DNA from: Candidatus Dormiibacterota bacterium
Lineage (GTDB): Bacteria > Chloroflexota > Dormibacteria > Aeolococcales > Aeolococcaceae
Direction of reading: 5' to 3'
NCBI GenBank assembly: GCA_963718525.1
Contig: OY970355.1
Span: 2,592,001-2,656,000, forward strand
DNA: 64,000 nt
Under the pieces are notes generated by a model, which was not told the origin of the DNA, did no database searches, and saw only the letters and a program-made list of their open reading frames with translations. The translations under genes and the position numbers were made by a program. This document shows, piece by piece, positions 41,736 through 51,753 of this stretch; positions within the stretch are counted from its first letter, which is position 1; each line of letters begins with the position of its first letter.

Positions 41736-42959
41736 ATGGCCCAATTGACCAAGTCACCCGACCTCAGGTTGTCCGTAGCGGCCACCCTACCGCCCGAAGT
41801 GACCATCCGGCTGCTGTCGGAAGTCGACGTGATCGCGCGCCGGATGACCCGGCACATCGTCTCGGGCATCTCGCTTCCGGACAGCCGCTTTCGCACGCTC
41901 GGATACTTCCGCACGGTCACCGCGGCGTGCCGTGACGCGCTGCGCACCTTCGTCCGTCTGCTTCGCGACGGCCGCGGCCTCCGCGCGGGCGACCTGGAGC
42001 GGCTTGGGTCGATGGGCGCCCAGCAGGCAGAGCTCGATGTCCCGCTCGAATTGGTGTTCGGGGCGTACCGGCTCGCCGCGAGGGTGCTCTGGGACGAGGT
42101 GATCGGCCAGCCGGCCATCCTCGACGACGTGCCCCCGAGCACCGTCATCGGCCTGACCAGCACGGTGCTCGAATACTTCGATGAGATCAGCGCTGCGGTC
42201 GGAGGCGCGTACCTCGAGACCCGGGAACGGCTGCTTCGCCAGCGTGACAGGGATCGCGACCGCATTCTCCAGCGGCTGCTTGCCGGGGACGCGTCAGCCG
42301 AGCTCCGGCGCATCGCGGTCTCCGCCGAGCTGACCCTGGTTCCCCCGTACACCGTGGTGGCCTGCTCCGCCCCGACGATGGAGGCGGAACGGCAGCTCGA
42401 GGAAACCTGGCGAGCCGAGGGGGCGCATCTCATCGGCGATGAGCCCGGCCTCTGGGTCGCACTGGTCCCCGAAGGGCGGGACCTCGCCCGGATGTGCGCG
42501 GCGGCTGGACCCGTGACGTTCGGAGTCGGTCCGGTGGCCTCCACCCTCGACGCTGTCGCCCCGTCGGCGCAGCACGCCCGCCGCGCGCTCGAGGTCGGTC
42601 GGCGCCTTTCTCCCGAGCGATCGGTGCACACGGATGCGGAGGTCGGTGTCTTCGCCGCGCTCGCCGACGACCGCGAAGCGATGCGCAGCTTCATCGACAG
42701 GGTGCTCGGCCCGCTGGCGCTGGGGACGCCGAATCGCAGGCTCGAGCTGGTCGCAACGCTCGAGGCGCTGCTGGACAGCCGGAGCATCGGTGAGGCATCA
42801 GAGCGCCTCGGCGTGCACCGTCACACCGTTGTGTACCGCGTCGGCCGGCTCCGCCAGCTGGGCATCGACGCCGACGACCCGGAGCAGCGTCACCAGCTCT
42901 GGCTGGCTTTGCGTTGCGCCCGGCTCCTCGACGGACAGCTGCCGCCGATCAGAACGTAG
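41736..42959 (+). CDS. PucR/CdaR family transcriptional regulator
   Basis: C-terminal HTH ASERLGVHRHTVVYRV. Confidence 0.9.
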   Translation: MAQLTKSPDLRLSVAATLPPEVTIRLLSEVDVIARRMTRHIVSGISLPDSRFRTLGYFRTVTAACRDALRTFVRLLRDGRGLRAGDLERLGSMGAQQAELDVPLELVFGAYRLAARVLWDEVIGQPAILDDVPPSTVIGLTSTVLEYFDEISAAVGGAYLETRERLLRQRDRDRDRILQRLLAGDASAELRRIAVSAELTLVPPYTVVACSAPTMEAERQLEETWRAEGAHLIGDEPGLWVALVPEGRDLARMCAAAGPVTFGVGPVASTLDAVAPSAQHARRALEVGRRLSPERSVHTDAEVGVFAALADDREAMRSFIDRVLGPLALGTPNRRLELVATLEALLDSRSIGEASERLGVHRHTVVYRVGRLRQLGIDADDPEQRHQLWLALRCARLLDGQLPPIRT

Positions 42960-43040
42960 GCCGACCAGCCGGTGGGACTCTCACACCTGGCGGCGACAAC
43001 GCCGCCGTCTCAGTCGCTCAGGACATCCATCGTAGAAAGA

Positions 43041-43095
43041 GATCGTTCCTATTGAACGATCCTTATTGACGGGAGAATCGCGACCTCTCCAAAAT
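43041..43095 (+). promoter_or_regulatory. Inverted repeat and promoter of the ABC operon
   Basis: GATCGTTC-N5-GAACGATC at 43041-43061; TTGACG 43066-43071; CAAAAT 43090-43095. Confidence 0.5.
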
Positions 43096-43378
43096 GAACC
43101 AACCGCATCAGAACGAGCAGGGGAGGTGGCTGAACGAGCCGGTCGACGTGACTGGCTCGCCGGGTGGAAAGAGATGGGCTCCGAAGCCCTGTGGCCCGTT
43201 GGCGTAATGTTCGGATAAGGCGATCATTCCGTTTCAATCAAGCTCATTGCTTAATGGGCCGCGAGAACGGATAGTCAGCCCACGCCACGGTGGGAAAAGC
43301 ATTTGCGCAGGTAACCATTCGACAGAGAGAGGCCGATCGAGAGGGGGCCTCAGGAAGAGAAATCGGTACAGGGGGAAC

Positions 43379-44509
43379 ATGACCATGTTTGGAGAACTAC
43401 TTCTGCGATCCTCGGCGCCGGGCGGCCGGGGCACCCGACGCGCGGCAACGGCGGTCGCGCTGCTCGCCACCGCCGTGGTGGTGGGAGCCTGCGGCTCCGC
43501 TACCGCGAAAGGTACGGGTACCGGCGCCAGTGCTCAGCCGGATCCGTCTACCGTCAATCTGGGCTATCTCGTCAACCTGACCCACGCGCCAGCGCTCATC
43601 GGCGTCGCGCAGGGCTTTTTTCAGGGGTCGATGCCCAAGGGCACCACGGTGAAGACGACCACGTTCAGTGCCGGCCCTGCCGAGAGCGAGGCGCTGCTCG
43701 GCGGCACGCTCGATGCGGCATTCGTCGGACCGGGCCCGGCGATCAACGCCTTCATCAAGACCAAGGGCAAGGTGCTCATCGTCGCCGGCACTGCCTCGGG
43801 TGGTGCGGGGCTCGTCGTCAGCAAGTCGGTCGCCAACGGGAACTTTCCGGCTGACCTCGCGGGGAAAACGCTTTCGTCGCCACAGCTCGGCAACACCCAG
43901 GACATTGCGCTGCGCACGTGGCTGGGCACGAAGGAACTCGCCACCAGCCTCAATGGCGGCGGCAAGGTGACCATTGACTCGAGCTCCGGCAACTCGGCCA
44001 GCCTGCAGAACTTCGAGGCCGGCAAGATCGCCGGCGGCTGGGTCCCCGAGCCCTATGAGTCGGAGTTCATCCTGCAGGGCAAGGGCACGCTCGCGGTTGA
44101 CGAAGCCTCGCTGTGGCCGAACGGACAGTTCCCGACCACGGTGCTCGTGGTCACGCAGAACCTGCTCCAGAACCATCCCGACATCGTTCGGGACCTCCTC
44201 AAGGGCCTTGTGCAGTCGGTGAACTGGATCAACGCGAACGAGTCCGCGGCACCGGCCGCAGTCAATGCGGCCCTTGCGTCCACCACTGGAGGCAAGCTGC
44301 TGAAGAGCTCCGTCCTGGCCCTGGCCTGGACTCACCTGAGCTTCGTGCTGGACCCATTCGCCTCCGACCTGCAGACGGATGCCAACAATGCTCAACAGCT
44401 CGGCTTCAACAAGACGGCGAACATCAAGGGCATCCTCGACCTCGGTCCACTCAATGCACTCATGAGCGCGTCGGGGCAGGCGCCCGTCAGTGCCGGTGCG
44501 CTCGGCTGA
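43379..44509 (+). CDS. ABC substrate-binding lipoprotein (SsuA/NrtA/TauA family)
   Basis: Lipobox VGA-C; NLTHAPAL, GNTQD and WVPEP motifs. Confidence 0.9.
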   Translation: MTMFGELLLRSSAPGGRGTRRAATAVALLATAVVVGACGSATAKGTGTGASAQPDPSTVNLGYLVNLTHAPALIGVAQGFFQGSMPKGTTVKTTTFSAGPAESEALLGGTLDAAFVGPGPAINAFIKTKGKVLIVAGTASGGAGLVVSKSVANGNFPADLAGKTLSSPQLGNTQDIALRTWLGTKELATSLNGGGKVTIDSSSGNSASLQNFEAGKIAGGWVPEPYESEFILQGKGTLAVDEASLWPNGQFPTTVLVVTQNLLQNHPDIVRDLLKGLVQSVNWINANESAAPAAVNAALASTTGGKLLKSSVLALAWTHLSFVLDPFASDLQTDANNAQQLGFNKTANIKGILDLGPLNALMSASGQAPVSAGALG

Positions 44510-45306
44510 TGAACATCGCATTCGCTCCACGGCCCGCTGTTCTCACGCTCGACGCAGACGATGCCTTCGTGACCCTGCAAGGGGTCACGAAGGTGTTCGG
44601 CCACGGCAAGCGAGCGATGACGGCGCTTGAGAACGTGTCGCTCGAGGTCGCCAGGGGCGAGTTCGTGTGCGTCCTGGGCGCATCGGGATGTGGGAAATCA
44701 ACCCTCCTGTCGCTGATCGCCGGTCTTGACAAGGTCACTGGCGGAAGCATCGACATCGCTGATGGCCGCCCGGCAGTCATGTTCCAGGAGCCGGCTCTGC
44801 TCCCCTGGCTCACGGTTCGACGCAACGTCGAACTGCCGATGCGGCTGCACAACGTCGACGAGGATCAGCGAAATCAGACAGTCAACCGGCTGCTCGCAAT
44901 GGTCGGGTTGATCGACTTCGCAGATCACCGGCCGCATCAGCTCTCCGGAGGGATGCGTCAGCGCTGCGCGCTCGCGCGTGCGCTGGCCCAGGACTCGGAG
45001 TTGCTGCTCATGGACGAGCCCTTCGCCGCACTCGACGCATTGACGCGGGACTCGCTGCACGACGACCTGAACCGCATCTGGCAGGAAACCGGCAAGACCA
45101 TCCTCTTTGTCACCCATAACGTTCGCGAGGCGGTGCGGCTGGGGGACCGCGTCGTATTGATGACCCCTCGCCCCGGTCGGGTGGCCCAGATGTGGGACGT
45201 CGAGATCACGCGACCTCGTGAGCTCGATTCCTTCGAAGTGTCCGGACTCGCTCACGAGATCACGGCGCGGCTGCGTGCGGGGGCGGTCGGCGATGGAGCG
45301 CAATAG
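44509..45306 (+). CDS. ABC ATPase (SsuB-like)
   Basis: GASGCGKST, LSGGMRQR and MDEPF motifs. Confidence 0.93.
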   Translation: MNIAFAPRPAVLTLDADDAFVTLQGVTKVFGHGKRAMTALENVSLEVARGEFVCVLGASGCGKSTLLSLIAGLDKVTGGSIDIADGRPAVMFQEPALLPWLTVRRNVELPMRLHNVDEDQRNQTVNRLLAMVGLIDFADHRPHQLSGGMRQRCALARALAQDSELLLMDEPFAALDALTRDSLHDDLNRIWQETGKTILFVTHNVREAVRLGDRVVLMTPRPGRVAQMWDVEITRPRELDSFEVSGLAHEITARLRAGAVGDGAQ

Positions 45307-46102
45307 GCTGCAGCGCATCCTGCGAGCCGCCTGGCCGCGGATCGTTGCGATCGGCATTCTGCTGGGGATCTGGCAGCTCCTCGTCGTCGTTGGCGTGCAG
45401 TCCCCAGGGGGTGAGCCGCTACCTGGCCCGGGCGACGCGATCGGCGAGATCGGCTACCTGGTGCACACCGACGTGCTCGTGCCGGCACTCGTTCAGACGC
45501 TCGAACGCGCAGCGGTCGGTTACATCCTTGCACTGGTGCTCGGTACGCTGATCGGGCTCGCGGTCGTCCGCGTGCCGGTGCTTCGAGCGGGCGTCGGATC
45601 GTTGCTCGCCGGGCTCCAGAGCCTGCCGTCAGTCGTCTGGGTGCCGATCGCGACCCTGTTTCTCGCCATCGGCGGGCAGATCGAGAACGCCGTGTACTTC
45701 GTGGTCATCATGGGTGCGTTCCCATCGATCGCGATGGGATTGATGTCCGCCTACGACAACATCCCTCCACTCACCTTCAGCCTCGCGCGGTCGATGGGAG
45801 CCAGCGGCCCGCGGTACTACCGGCATTTCATCTTTTCGGCTGCGCTGCCGGGGTATGTGGCCGGGATGAAACAGGCGTGGGCGTTCTCATGGCGATCGTT
45901 GATGGCTGCCGAGTTGATCATCGGATCGACCGCCAACAGCGGACTCGGGCAGATCCTCGACAACGGGCGCAGCCTCGGCGACCTTCCCGAGATGTTCGCC
46001 GCGGTGCTCACGATCCTGGTGGTGGGGATCGCGGTCAACGACCTGTTGTTCGCACCCCTGGAGCGAGGCCTGCTCCGCCGCCGTGGCCTGGTTCCGGCCT
46101 AG
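45293..46102 (+). CDS. ABC permease (SsuC-like)
   Basis: Multi-TM; ARSMGA and WRSLMAAE motifs. Confidence 0.92.
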   Translation: MERNRLQRILRAAWPRIVAIGILLGIWQLLVVVGVQSPGGEPLPGPGDAIGEIGYLVHTDVLVPALVQTLERAAVGYILALVLGTLIGLAVVRVPVLRAGVGSLLAGLQSLPSVVWVPIATLFLAIGGQIENAVYFVVIMGAFPSIAMGLMSAYDNIPPLTFSLARSMGASGPRYYRHFIFSAALPGYVAGMKQAWAFSWRSLMAAELIIGSTANSGLGQILDNGRSLGDLPEMFAAVLTILVVGIAVNDLLFAPLERGLLRRRGLVPA

Positions 46103-46689
46103 TCTTCGCCGCTGCGCTGCTTGGCGCCGGCCTCGTGGCGGCGCTGTCCGCCCGAGGCGACCGTGGCGCCCTGCTCCGCCTCACGCGCGAGCATGAAGAG
46201 CAGGTCCGAGCAGCGATTGAGATAGCGGAGCACCTCAGGATTCTCGACCCCGCCCTCGCGGAGAAGCGACACGGTCCGGCGCTCGGCGCGGCGCACCAGA
46301 GTCCGCGCCAGGTCGATCGCCGCCCCGGCGGGCGTGCCGCCGGGGATGACGAACCCGCCCGGCAAGGGCACCCGCGCCTCGAGGTCGTGGATCTCGTCCT
46401 CGAGCGCGTCGACCATCGCCGCGGTGACGACGTTGAAGTGGCGCTCGAGGTCGGCGCGGTGGCCCGGGCCGGTGGCGAGCTCGGCGCCGACGACGAACAA
46501 TTCGCGCTGGAGCTCGAGGATCCGCGACGCGCGGTCGGCTGAGTCGGTCAGCGACCGGGCCAGTCCCAGCGCGGAGATCGCCTCGTCGAGTGACCCGTAC
46601 GCCTCGGTATGAGCGTCGTCCTTTGCGACCCGACCGCCGTAGAGCAGCCCGGTCTCTCCCGTGTCGCCGTTCCCCGTGGTGATGCTCAC
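46099..46689 (-). CDS. Cob(I)alamin adenosyltransferase, PduO type
   Basis: GDTGET, RRAER and YLNRCSDLLF motifs. Confidence 0.92.
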   Translation of the reverse strand: MSITTGNGDTGETGLLYGGRVAKDDAHTEAYGSLDEAISALGLARSLTDSADRASRILELQRELFVVGAELATGPGHRADLERHFNVVTAAMVDALEDEIHDLEARVPLPGGFVIPGGTPAGAAIDLARTLVRRAERRTVSLLREGGVENPEVLRYLNRCSDLLFMLAREAEQGATVASGGQRRHEAGAKQRSGED

Positions 46690-46699
46690 AAGGTTGGTG

Positions 46700-47686
46700 T
46701 CAGATGGCGCCGTGCAGCGTCGCTTCGACGAGCTCTGGCGGGGTGTCGTTGCGCCCGCGGCGCCACTCCTCGATCCACTTGCTCGCCGCGATGGTCGCGG
46801 TGGTCGCGTCACCGACTGCAGTGGTGATCTGGCGGGTGAGCTGGCTGCGCACGTCGCCGGCGGCGAAGATGCCCGGGATATTGGTCATCATCGTCATCGG
46901 ATCCGTGACGTAATAGCCAGCTTTGTCATGATCAATGTGGCGATCCACCAACTGGGTGTTGGGGATGAAACCGATGAAGATGAAGATGCCCCCGACCTCG
47001 ATCTCAGATCGACGCTCGGTGTCGAGGTTGCGCAGCATCAGGCGGCCGACCTTCTCGTCACCCTCGATGCTCTCGATGATGGTGTCGACCACGAACTCGA
47101 TCTTGGGATGCTTGCGCGCCTCATCGAGGAGGATGGGCTGAGCGCGGAACTCCTTGCGCCGGTGGATGATCGTGACCTTGCTCGCGTAGCGGGTCAGGAA
47201 CAGGGCCTCCTCCACCGCCGCGTCACCACCGCCCGCCACGGCGAGGTCGACGTCCTTGAAGAACGCACCGTCGCACACGGCGCAGTACGACACGCCACGC
47301 CCGGCATATGTCTCCTCCCCGGCGACGCCGAGCTTGCGAGGATTGCCACCCGCGGTGATGATCACCGCGGGCACGAGGAAGTCTCCGTCATACGTCTCGA
47401 CGAGCTTCTGACCGTCTGGCTGGACCTTGATCGCCTTGACCTCGGTGCGCAGCAGCTTGGTGCCGAAGTGCGCGGCCTGCTCCTCCATCACGGTGGCGAG
47501 CTCCCCGCCGAGGATGGAGAGAAAGCCCGGGTAATCCTCGATAAGCTCGGTATTGAGCAGCTGACCGCCTGGAGCCTTACCCTCCAGGAGCACCGCCCGC
47601 TCGCGGTTCCGGCCTGCGTAGAGCGCAGCCGTCAGCCCGGCGGGACCGCCGCCGATGATCGCGATGTCGAAGTCGTCTGTGGGCAC
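46700..47686 (-). CDS. trxB: Thioredoxin reductase
   Basis: GGGPAG, CAVCD and FAAGD motifs. Confidence 0.96.
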   Translation of the reverse strand: MPTDDFDIAIIGGGPAGLTAALYAGRNRERAVLLEGKAPGGQLLNTELIEDYPGFLSILGGELATVMEEQAAHFGTKLLRTEVKAIKVQPDGQKLVETYDGDFLVPAVIITAGGNPRKLGVAGEETYAGRGVSYCAVCDGAFFKDVDLAVAGGGDAAVEEALFLTRYASKVTIIHRRKEFRAQPILLDEARKHPKIEFVVDTIIESIEGDEKVGRLMLRNLDTERRSEIEVGGIFIFIGFIPNTQLVDRHIDHDKAGYYVTDPMTMMTNIPGIFAAGDVRSQLTRQITTAVGDATTATIAASKWIEEWRRGRNDTPPELVEATLHGAI

Positions 47687-47756
47687 GGTGGTTGCACTCC
47701 TCGGGGTACGTCTGTACGTTCCCCGCACTTGAGACGATACCCAATGCGCGCCCGAA

Positions 47757-48566
47757 TCATCCCGCTGTCAGCCATTGGCGCAGATCCACGAGGACCCGGC
47801 TGATCGGAATCGCATACGCCTCGGCCGCACTCGAACTCGCAAGGGTCACGATCCCGATGACCTGCCCCTGCGAATCGAGCACGGGTCCACCGCTGTTGCC
47901 TTCGAAGATCGGCGCCCCGGTGAGGTGCAGCATGTCGTCGTACTCCTGGGGTGAGGATTGCCCCGCCTCGATCCCCGTCCCCGAGAGCGGGACGTTGGCA
48001 TCAAGGCCGACGAGGCTCTCCACGGTCATATCCGCGTGAGCGGTGGCCCGGCTCGACGCCAGGGTGATGACCGGGATCGGGACTGTCGTCAGCGCTCTCG
48101 CGTCGACGGGCAGCGGTGTTCCCGGGAGCGCGCCGGTGACCCGGAGCAGCGCCAGATCTAGCTGCGCGCTGCTCTGCACGACGCGGGCGACGTGGGTGTG
48201 GTTGGCCCGGTCGGTGACCCGCAGCGTGGTATCGCCATTGATGACGTGAGCATTGGTGACCACGTCGCCCATGCCGTCAAAGATCCAGCCGGTGCCCAGC
48301 GACTCCGCGGCACCATTTTCGAGTTCGGCCTCGATCGTGACGACGCTCGCGAGATCGTCGCGGCCGAGGTCCGCGAGCAGCGGTGGCGACGGAGACGGGC
48401 CGCTTGCCGGGGGAACGTGGGCGGCCACGATGGCGGCCGGGTTCACCTGCGCGAAGTTGTCTGCCACCAGGAAGCCCGCCAGGCCGGCGACCAGGAGAGC
48501 GATGATGGCTGCAAGGGCGCGCGCCACGGCACGCGGTCGGAACGTCGGCTCAGTCCCTCGATCCAC
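47757..48566 (-). CDS. Membrane-anchored trypsin-like S1C serine protease without PDZ
   Basis: TNAHV, DLALL and GNSGGP motifs. Confidence 0.88.
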   Translation of the reverse strand: MDRGTEPTFRPRAVARALAAIIALLVAGLAGFLVADNFAQVNPAAIVAAHVPPASGPSPSPPLLADLGRDDLASVVTIEAELENGAAESLGTGWIFDGMGDVVTNAHVINGDTTLRVTDRANHTHVARVVQSSAQLDLALLRVTGALPGTPLPVDARALTTVPIPVITLASSRATAHADMTVESLVGLDANVPLSGTGIEAGQSSPQEYDDMLHLTGAPIFEGNSGGPVLDSQGQVIGIVTLASSSAAEAYAIPISRVLVDLRQWLTAG

Positions 48567-48577
48567 GAGGAAGCATT

Positions 48578-49255
48578 GTGGTTGTTCGACAGCGAAGCAT
48601 CACCGTCGTCGGTGGCGGCCGCGGAGCGCTCGGTGCCGCGGTTGTGAGCCGTCTCGCGGCGGCGGGGCACCGTGTGGTGATTCCCACGCGGCACCCGGGT
48701 GGAGCTGCGCGGCCTGGGGTCACCGAGATCGAATGCGACCTCGACGATGCCGGCTCGGTCGATCGCCTACGAGCCGCGGTGGAAGCGATGGGGCCCTGGG
48801 CCGGCGTGGTCAGCGCGTCGGGCGGATACGCCGGGGGGCGCGCCCATGAGGTCGACGACGCCGCCGTCCAGGCGCAGCTTTCGGCCAATCTGCTGGGTCC
48901 CTGGCGGCTCGTCCGTGCCGCGGCGGCTTCGATGGTCGCCGGCGCCGCAGGCGGGCGGATCGTGGTGGTGGCCTCGCGAGCCGCGGTCGACGTTGCGCGT
49001 GGCCAGGCGGCCTACCAGGTGAGCAAGGCGGCGGTGCTGCGGCTCGCCCAGGTCATGGCGGCCGAGCTGCAGCGGCACGCCATCACCGTCAATGCAGTTC
49101 TGCCCGGCACGATGGATACAGCTGCCAACCGCGAGTCGATGCCGAAAGCGGACCGCTCCTCGTGGATCAGCACGGATTCCGTTGCCGAGGTCATCGAATG
49201 GCTGCTCTCGGACGCCGCCGCAGCCGTGACCGGGGCCGCGATCCCGGCCGGCTGA
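48578..49255 (+). CDS. SDR oxidoreductase
   Basis: GGRGALG, YQVSK and PGTMDT motifs. Confidence 0.9.
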   Translation: MVVRQRSITVVGGGRGALGAAVVSRLAAAGHRVVIPTRHPGGAARPGVTEIECDLDDAGSVDRLRAAVEAMGPWAGVVSASGGYAGGRAHEVDDAAVQAQLSANLLGPWRLVRAAAASMVAGAAGGRIVVVASRAAVDVARGQAAYQVSKAAVLRLAQVMAAELQRHAITVNAVLPGTMDTAANRESMPKADRSSWISTDSVAEVIEWLLSDAAAAVTGAAIPAG

Positions 49256-49257
49256 CC

Positions 49258-49869
49258 TCAGTTGATCGCGTGCGGCTCCAGCACTTCAGACTCGCCCAGG
49301 CGGGCGAGGGCACGCGCGCGATGCGAGACCCGGGCCTTCTCCTCGTCGGTGGCTTCGCCGAACGTGATCCCGAGATCGACGGAAAGGAACGCAGGGTCGT
49401 ACCCGAAACCGTTGGTCCCTCGGGGCTCGACCAGGGTTCCGAGGCACTCGCCATGGGCAGTCACCGGCTCCCCGCCCGGTCTGGCGAGCGCCGCGACGCA
49501 GACATAGCGCACGCGCCGGTCGCCAGGCGAACGGCGTTCCACCTCAGCGAGGAGGCCTCGAAGCCGGTCCGCGTCGGTCGCGTTCTCGCCCATCCAGCGG
49601 GCCGACAGCGGACCCGGCCATCCTCGCAACGCGTCCACCTCGATGCCGCTGTCGTCCGCGAGCGTCGGGAGACCGGTCGCACTGGTCACGGTCATGGCCT
49701 TGGCGAGCGCCGATTCCCTGTACCCGGGACCGGGTTCCTCGAGGACGCCGTCAAAGCCGACCTCCTCGAGGGTCTGCAGGCGGAGCGGCCACGACGCGAG
49801 AAGAAGGCGCAGTTCACGGATCTTTCCAGGATTGCGGGTGCCGAGGAGCAGGACAGCGTCTCCGTTCAT
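49258..49869 (-). CDS. rdgB: Non-canonical purine NTP pyrophosphatase
   Basis: TRNPGK, ADDSG, GFGYDP and SHR motifs. Confidence 0.94.
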   Translation of the reverse strand: MNGDAVLLLGTRNPGKIRELRLLLASWPLRLQTLEEVGFDGVLEEPGPGYRESALAKAMTVTSATGLPTLADDSGIEVDALRGWPGPLSARWMGENATDADRLRGLLAEVERRSPGDRRVRYVCVAALARPGGEPVTAHGECLGTLVEPRGTNGFGYDPAFLSVDLGITFGEATDEEKARVSHRARALARLGESEVLEPHAIN

Positions 49870-50588
49870 CTGGCTCCGCTCAGCACCTCTTCCTGCAGCG
49901 CGAAGAGCCGCTCCAGACCGGCGCCGGCGAGCCCGAGGAGCGCGTCCAGCTCCCCGCGCGAGAACGGCTCCTGCTCGGCCGAGCCCTGCAGCTCGATGAA
50001 CCGGCCGTCGCGTGATCCCACGCAGTTCATGTCGGTGTCTGCCGCGGAGTCCTCGAGGTAGCTGAGGTCGAGCCGCGCCTCGCCGGCCACGATGCCCGCA
50101 CTGACGGCGGCCACCGGCCAGCGCAGCGGATCGGAGCGGACCACGTGCGCCTCACGAAGCCGTTCGACCGCCAGGGCGAGGGCCACGTAGCCGCCCGTGA
50201 TGGACGCGGTTCGGGTTCCGCCGTCGGCAACGATGACGTCGCAGTCGATCAGGATGCTGCGCTCGCCGAGCGCCTCGAAGTCGACGGCTGCCCGCAGGCT
50301 CCGGCCGATGAGCCGCTGAATCTCCTGGACCCGACCATCCACGCGCCCCTTGCGGCCGTCGCGCTCCGAGCGGGTCTGCGTGCTCCGCGGCAGCATTGCG
50401 TACTCGGCGGTCACCCACCCACGACCGCTGCCCTTGCGAAAAGGCGGGACTCGCTCCTCCACCGTCGCCGCGCAGAGAACGCGCGTGTCCCCCATCGTGA
50501 TCAGCGCGCTGCCCTCCGCGTATGGGAGCGTGTGCAATTCGATCGAGGTCGGTCGGAGTTCATCGGTGGCACGTTGATCTGGGCGCAT
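49866..50588 (-). CDS. rph: Ribonuclease PH
   Basis: TAEYAMLP and [12 protein letters not shown] motifs. Confidence 0.97.
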   Translation of the reverse strand: MRPDQRATDELRPTSIELHTLPYAEGSALITMGDTRVLCAATVEERVPPFRKGSGRGWVTAEYAMLPRSTQTRSERDGRKGRVDGRVQEIQRLIGRSLRAAVDFEALGERSILIDCDVIVADGGTRTASITGGYVALALAVERLREAHVVRSDPLRWPVAAVSAGIVAGEARLDLSYLEDSAADTDMNCVGSRDGRFIELQGSAEQEPFSRGELDALLGLAGAGLERLFALQEEVLSGAR

Positions 50589-50617
50589 TGGGCCGAGTGT
50601 ATCGGTCGGCCCGACCG

Positions 50618-51370
50618 TCAGCGCCGGAAGATCCGCTGCAGGACGATGATCGAGGCCTCGTAGAGCAGCAGCAGCGGGATCGCCAGCAGAGTCGGTGTGA
50701 ACGGATCCGCACCAGGCGTGATCACCAGCGACACGATGATGATCCCCACGTATGCGATCTTCCGCCAGCCCTTGAGCTTTTTCGAGGACACGAACCCGAG
50801 CAGGCCGAGCAGCACGATCACGACGGGCATCTCGAACGTGGCTCCGAAGATGAACACGATGATCAGAAAGAAGCCGATGTACGAGTTGATGTCGGGGAAA
50901 TAGACCGCGTGCCCGTTGAGGAAATTGGTCAGGAAGCTGAGCCCGATGGGCATCACGAAGTATGCGAACGCCGCTCCGCCCGCGAACAGCAGGAGTGCGC
51001 TGGCGATGAACGGCCCGACGAACTTCCGCTCCTTCGGACGCAAACCCGGCGACACGAAGGTCCAGACCTGCCAGAGCACCACCGGCAGGGCGATGATCAG
51101 CCCAACGACCGCGGCGACCTTCAAGGGGACGGTGAGGCCCTCGGTGGGGCTCGTATAGATCGCCTCGTTGTTGGGAATGATGCTGTGCGAGTTCTTCAGG
51201 ACGGTGGACAACGGGTGCAGCAGCACACCGATGAAGAACCCGTTGAAGACGAATGCGACGATCGTCCCGACGATCCAGGCCGCCATCACCCAGATGAGGA
51301 CGCGTCGCAATTCCTCCAGGTGCTGGACGATCGTCATCCGCCGTTCGTCGTCGCCAGCCACTCCCTGCAC
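50618..51370 (-). CDS. tatC: Twin-arginine translocase TatC
   Basis: HLEELRR, F.SPGL, FEMP and ITPGAD motifs. Confidence 0.96.
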   Translation of the reverse strand: MQGVAGDDERRMTIVQHLEELRRVLIWVMAAWIVGTIVAFVFNGFFIGVLLHPLSTVLKNSHSIIPNNEAIYTSPTEGLTVPLKVAAVVGLIIALPVVLWQVWTFVSPGLRPKERKFVGPFIASALLLFAGGAAFAYFVMPIGLSFLTNFLNGHAVYFPDINSYIGFFLIIVFIFGATFEMPVVIVLLGLLGFVSSKKLKGWRKIAYVGIIIVSLVITPGADPFTPTLLAIPLLLLYEASIIVLQRIFRR

Positions 51371-51408
51371 CTTACGTGCCTCCGGTCAGCGCGCGCGTGA
51401 GCGGCGCG

Positions 51409-51711
51409 TCAGCCAGAAACGGAGGGCTGGTGTGTCGTCGCGTCAGCGGGGACCGTCACCGGCTCAGCCGGCTGCGCCGGCGCAGGTGCCGGAGCGGGTG
51501 CGACGACGGCCTGAGCGACTGGAGCCGGCTGCGCCGTGGTCGTGGTGGTTCCCATGACCGCGTCGTGAGTCTCGGACGAAGCCTTCCGAAACTCGCGAAT
51601 TCCCTTGCCGATGCCTGCGCCCACGTCGGGCAGCTTTCCCGGCCCCCAGATGATCAGGATCACCACCAGGACGATGATGATTTCCGGCAGATGTCCGCCT
51701 ACGAATCCCAT
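51409..51711 (-). CDS. tatA: Twin-arginine translocase TatA
   Basis: WGPGKLP..G.GIGKGIREFRK. Confidence 0.94.
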   Translation of the reverse strand: MGFVGGHLPEIIIVLVVILIIWGPGKLPDVGAGIGKGIREFRKASSETHDAVMGTTTTTAQPAPVAQAVVAPAPAPAPAQPAEPVTVPADATTHQPSVSG

Positions 51712-51753
51712 GTCAGCCTCCAGTCTAGCACCATTTTTTCATCACCCCTGAGA

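Noticed and set aside
43100-43200. SAM-I or guanidine riboswitch before the ABC operon
   Set aside because: Only loose similarity; core motifs (GCAACC...GGTGC, CTAGGGTTCCG) are absent.
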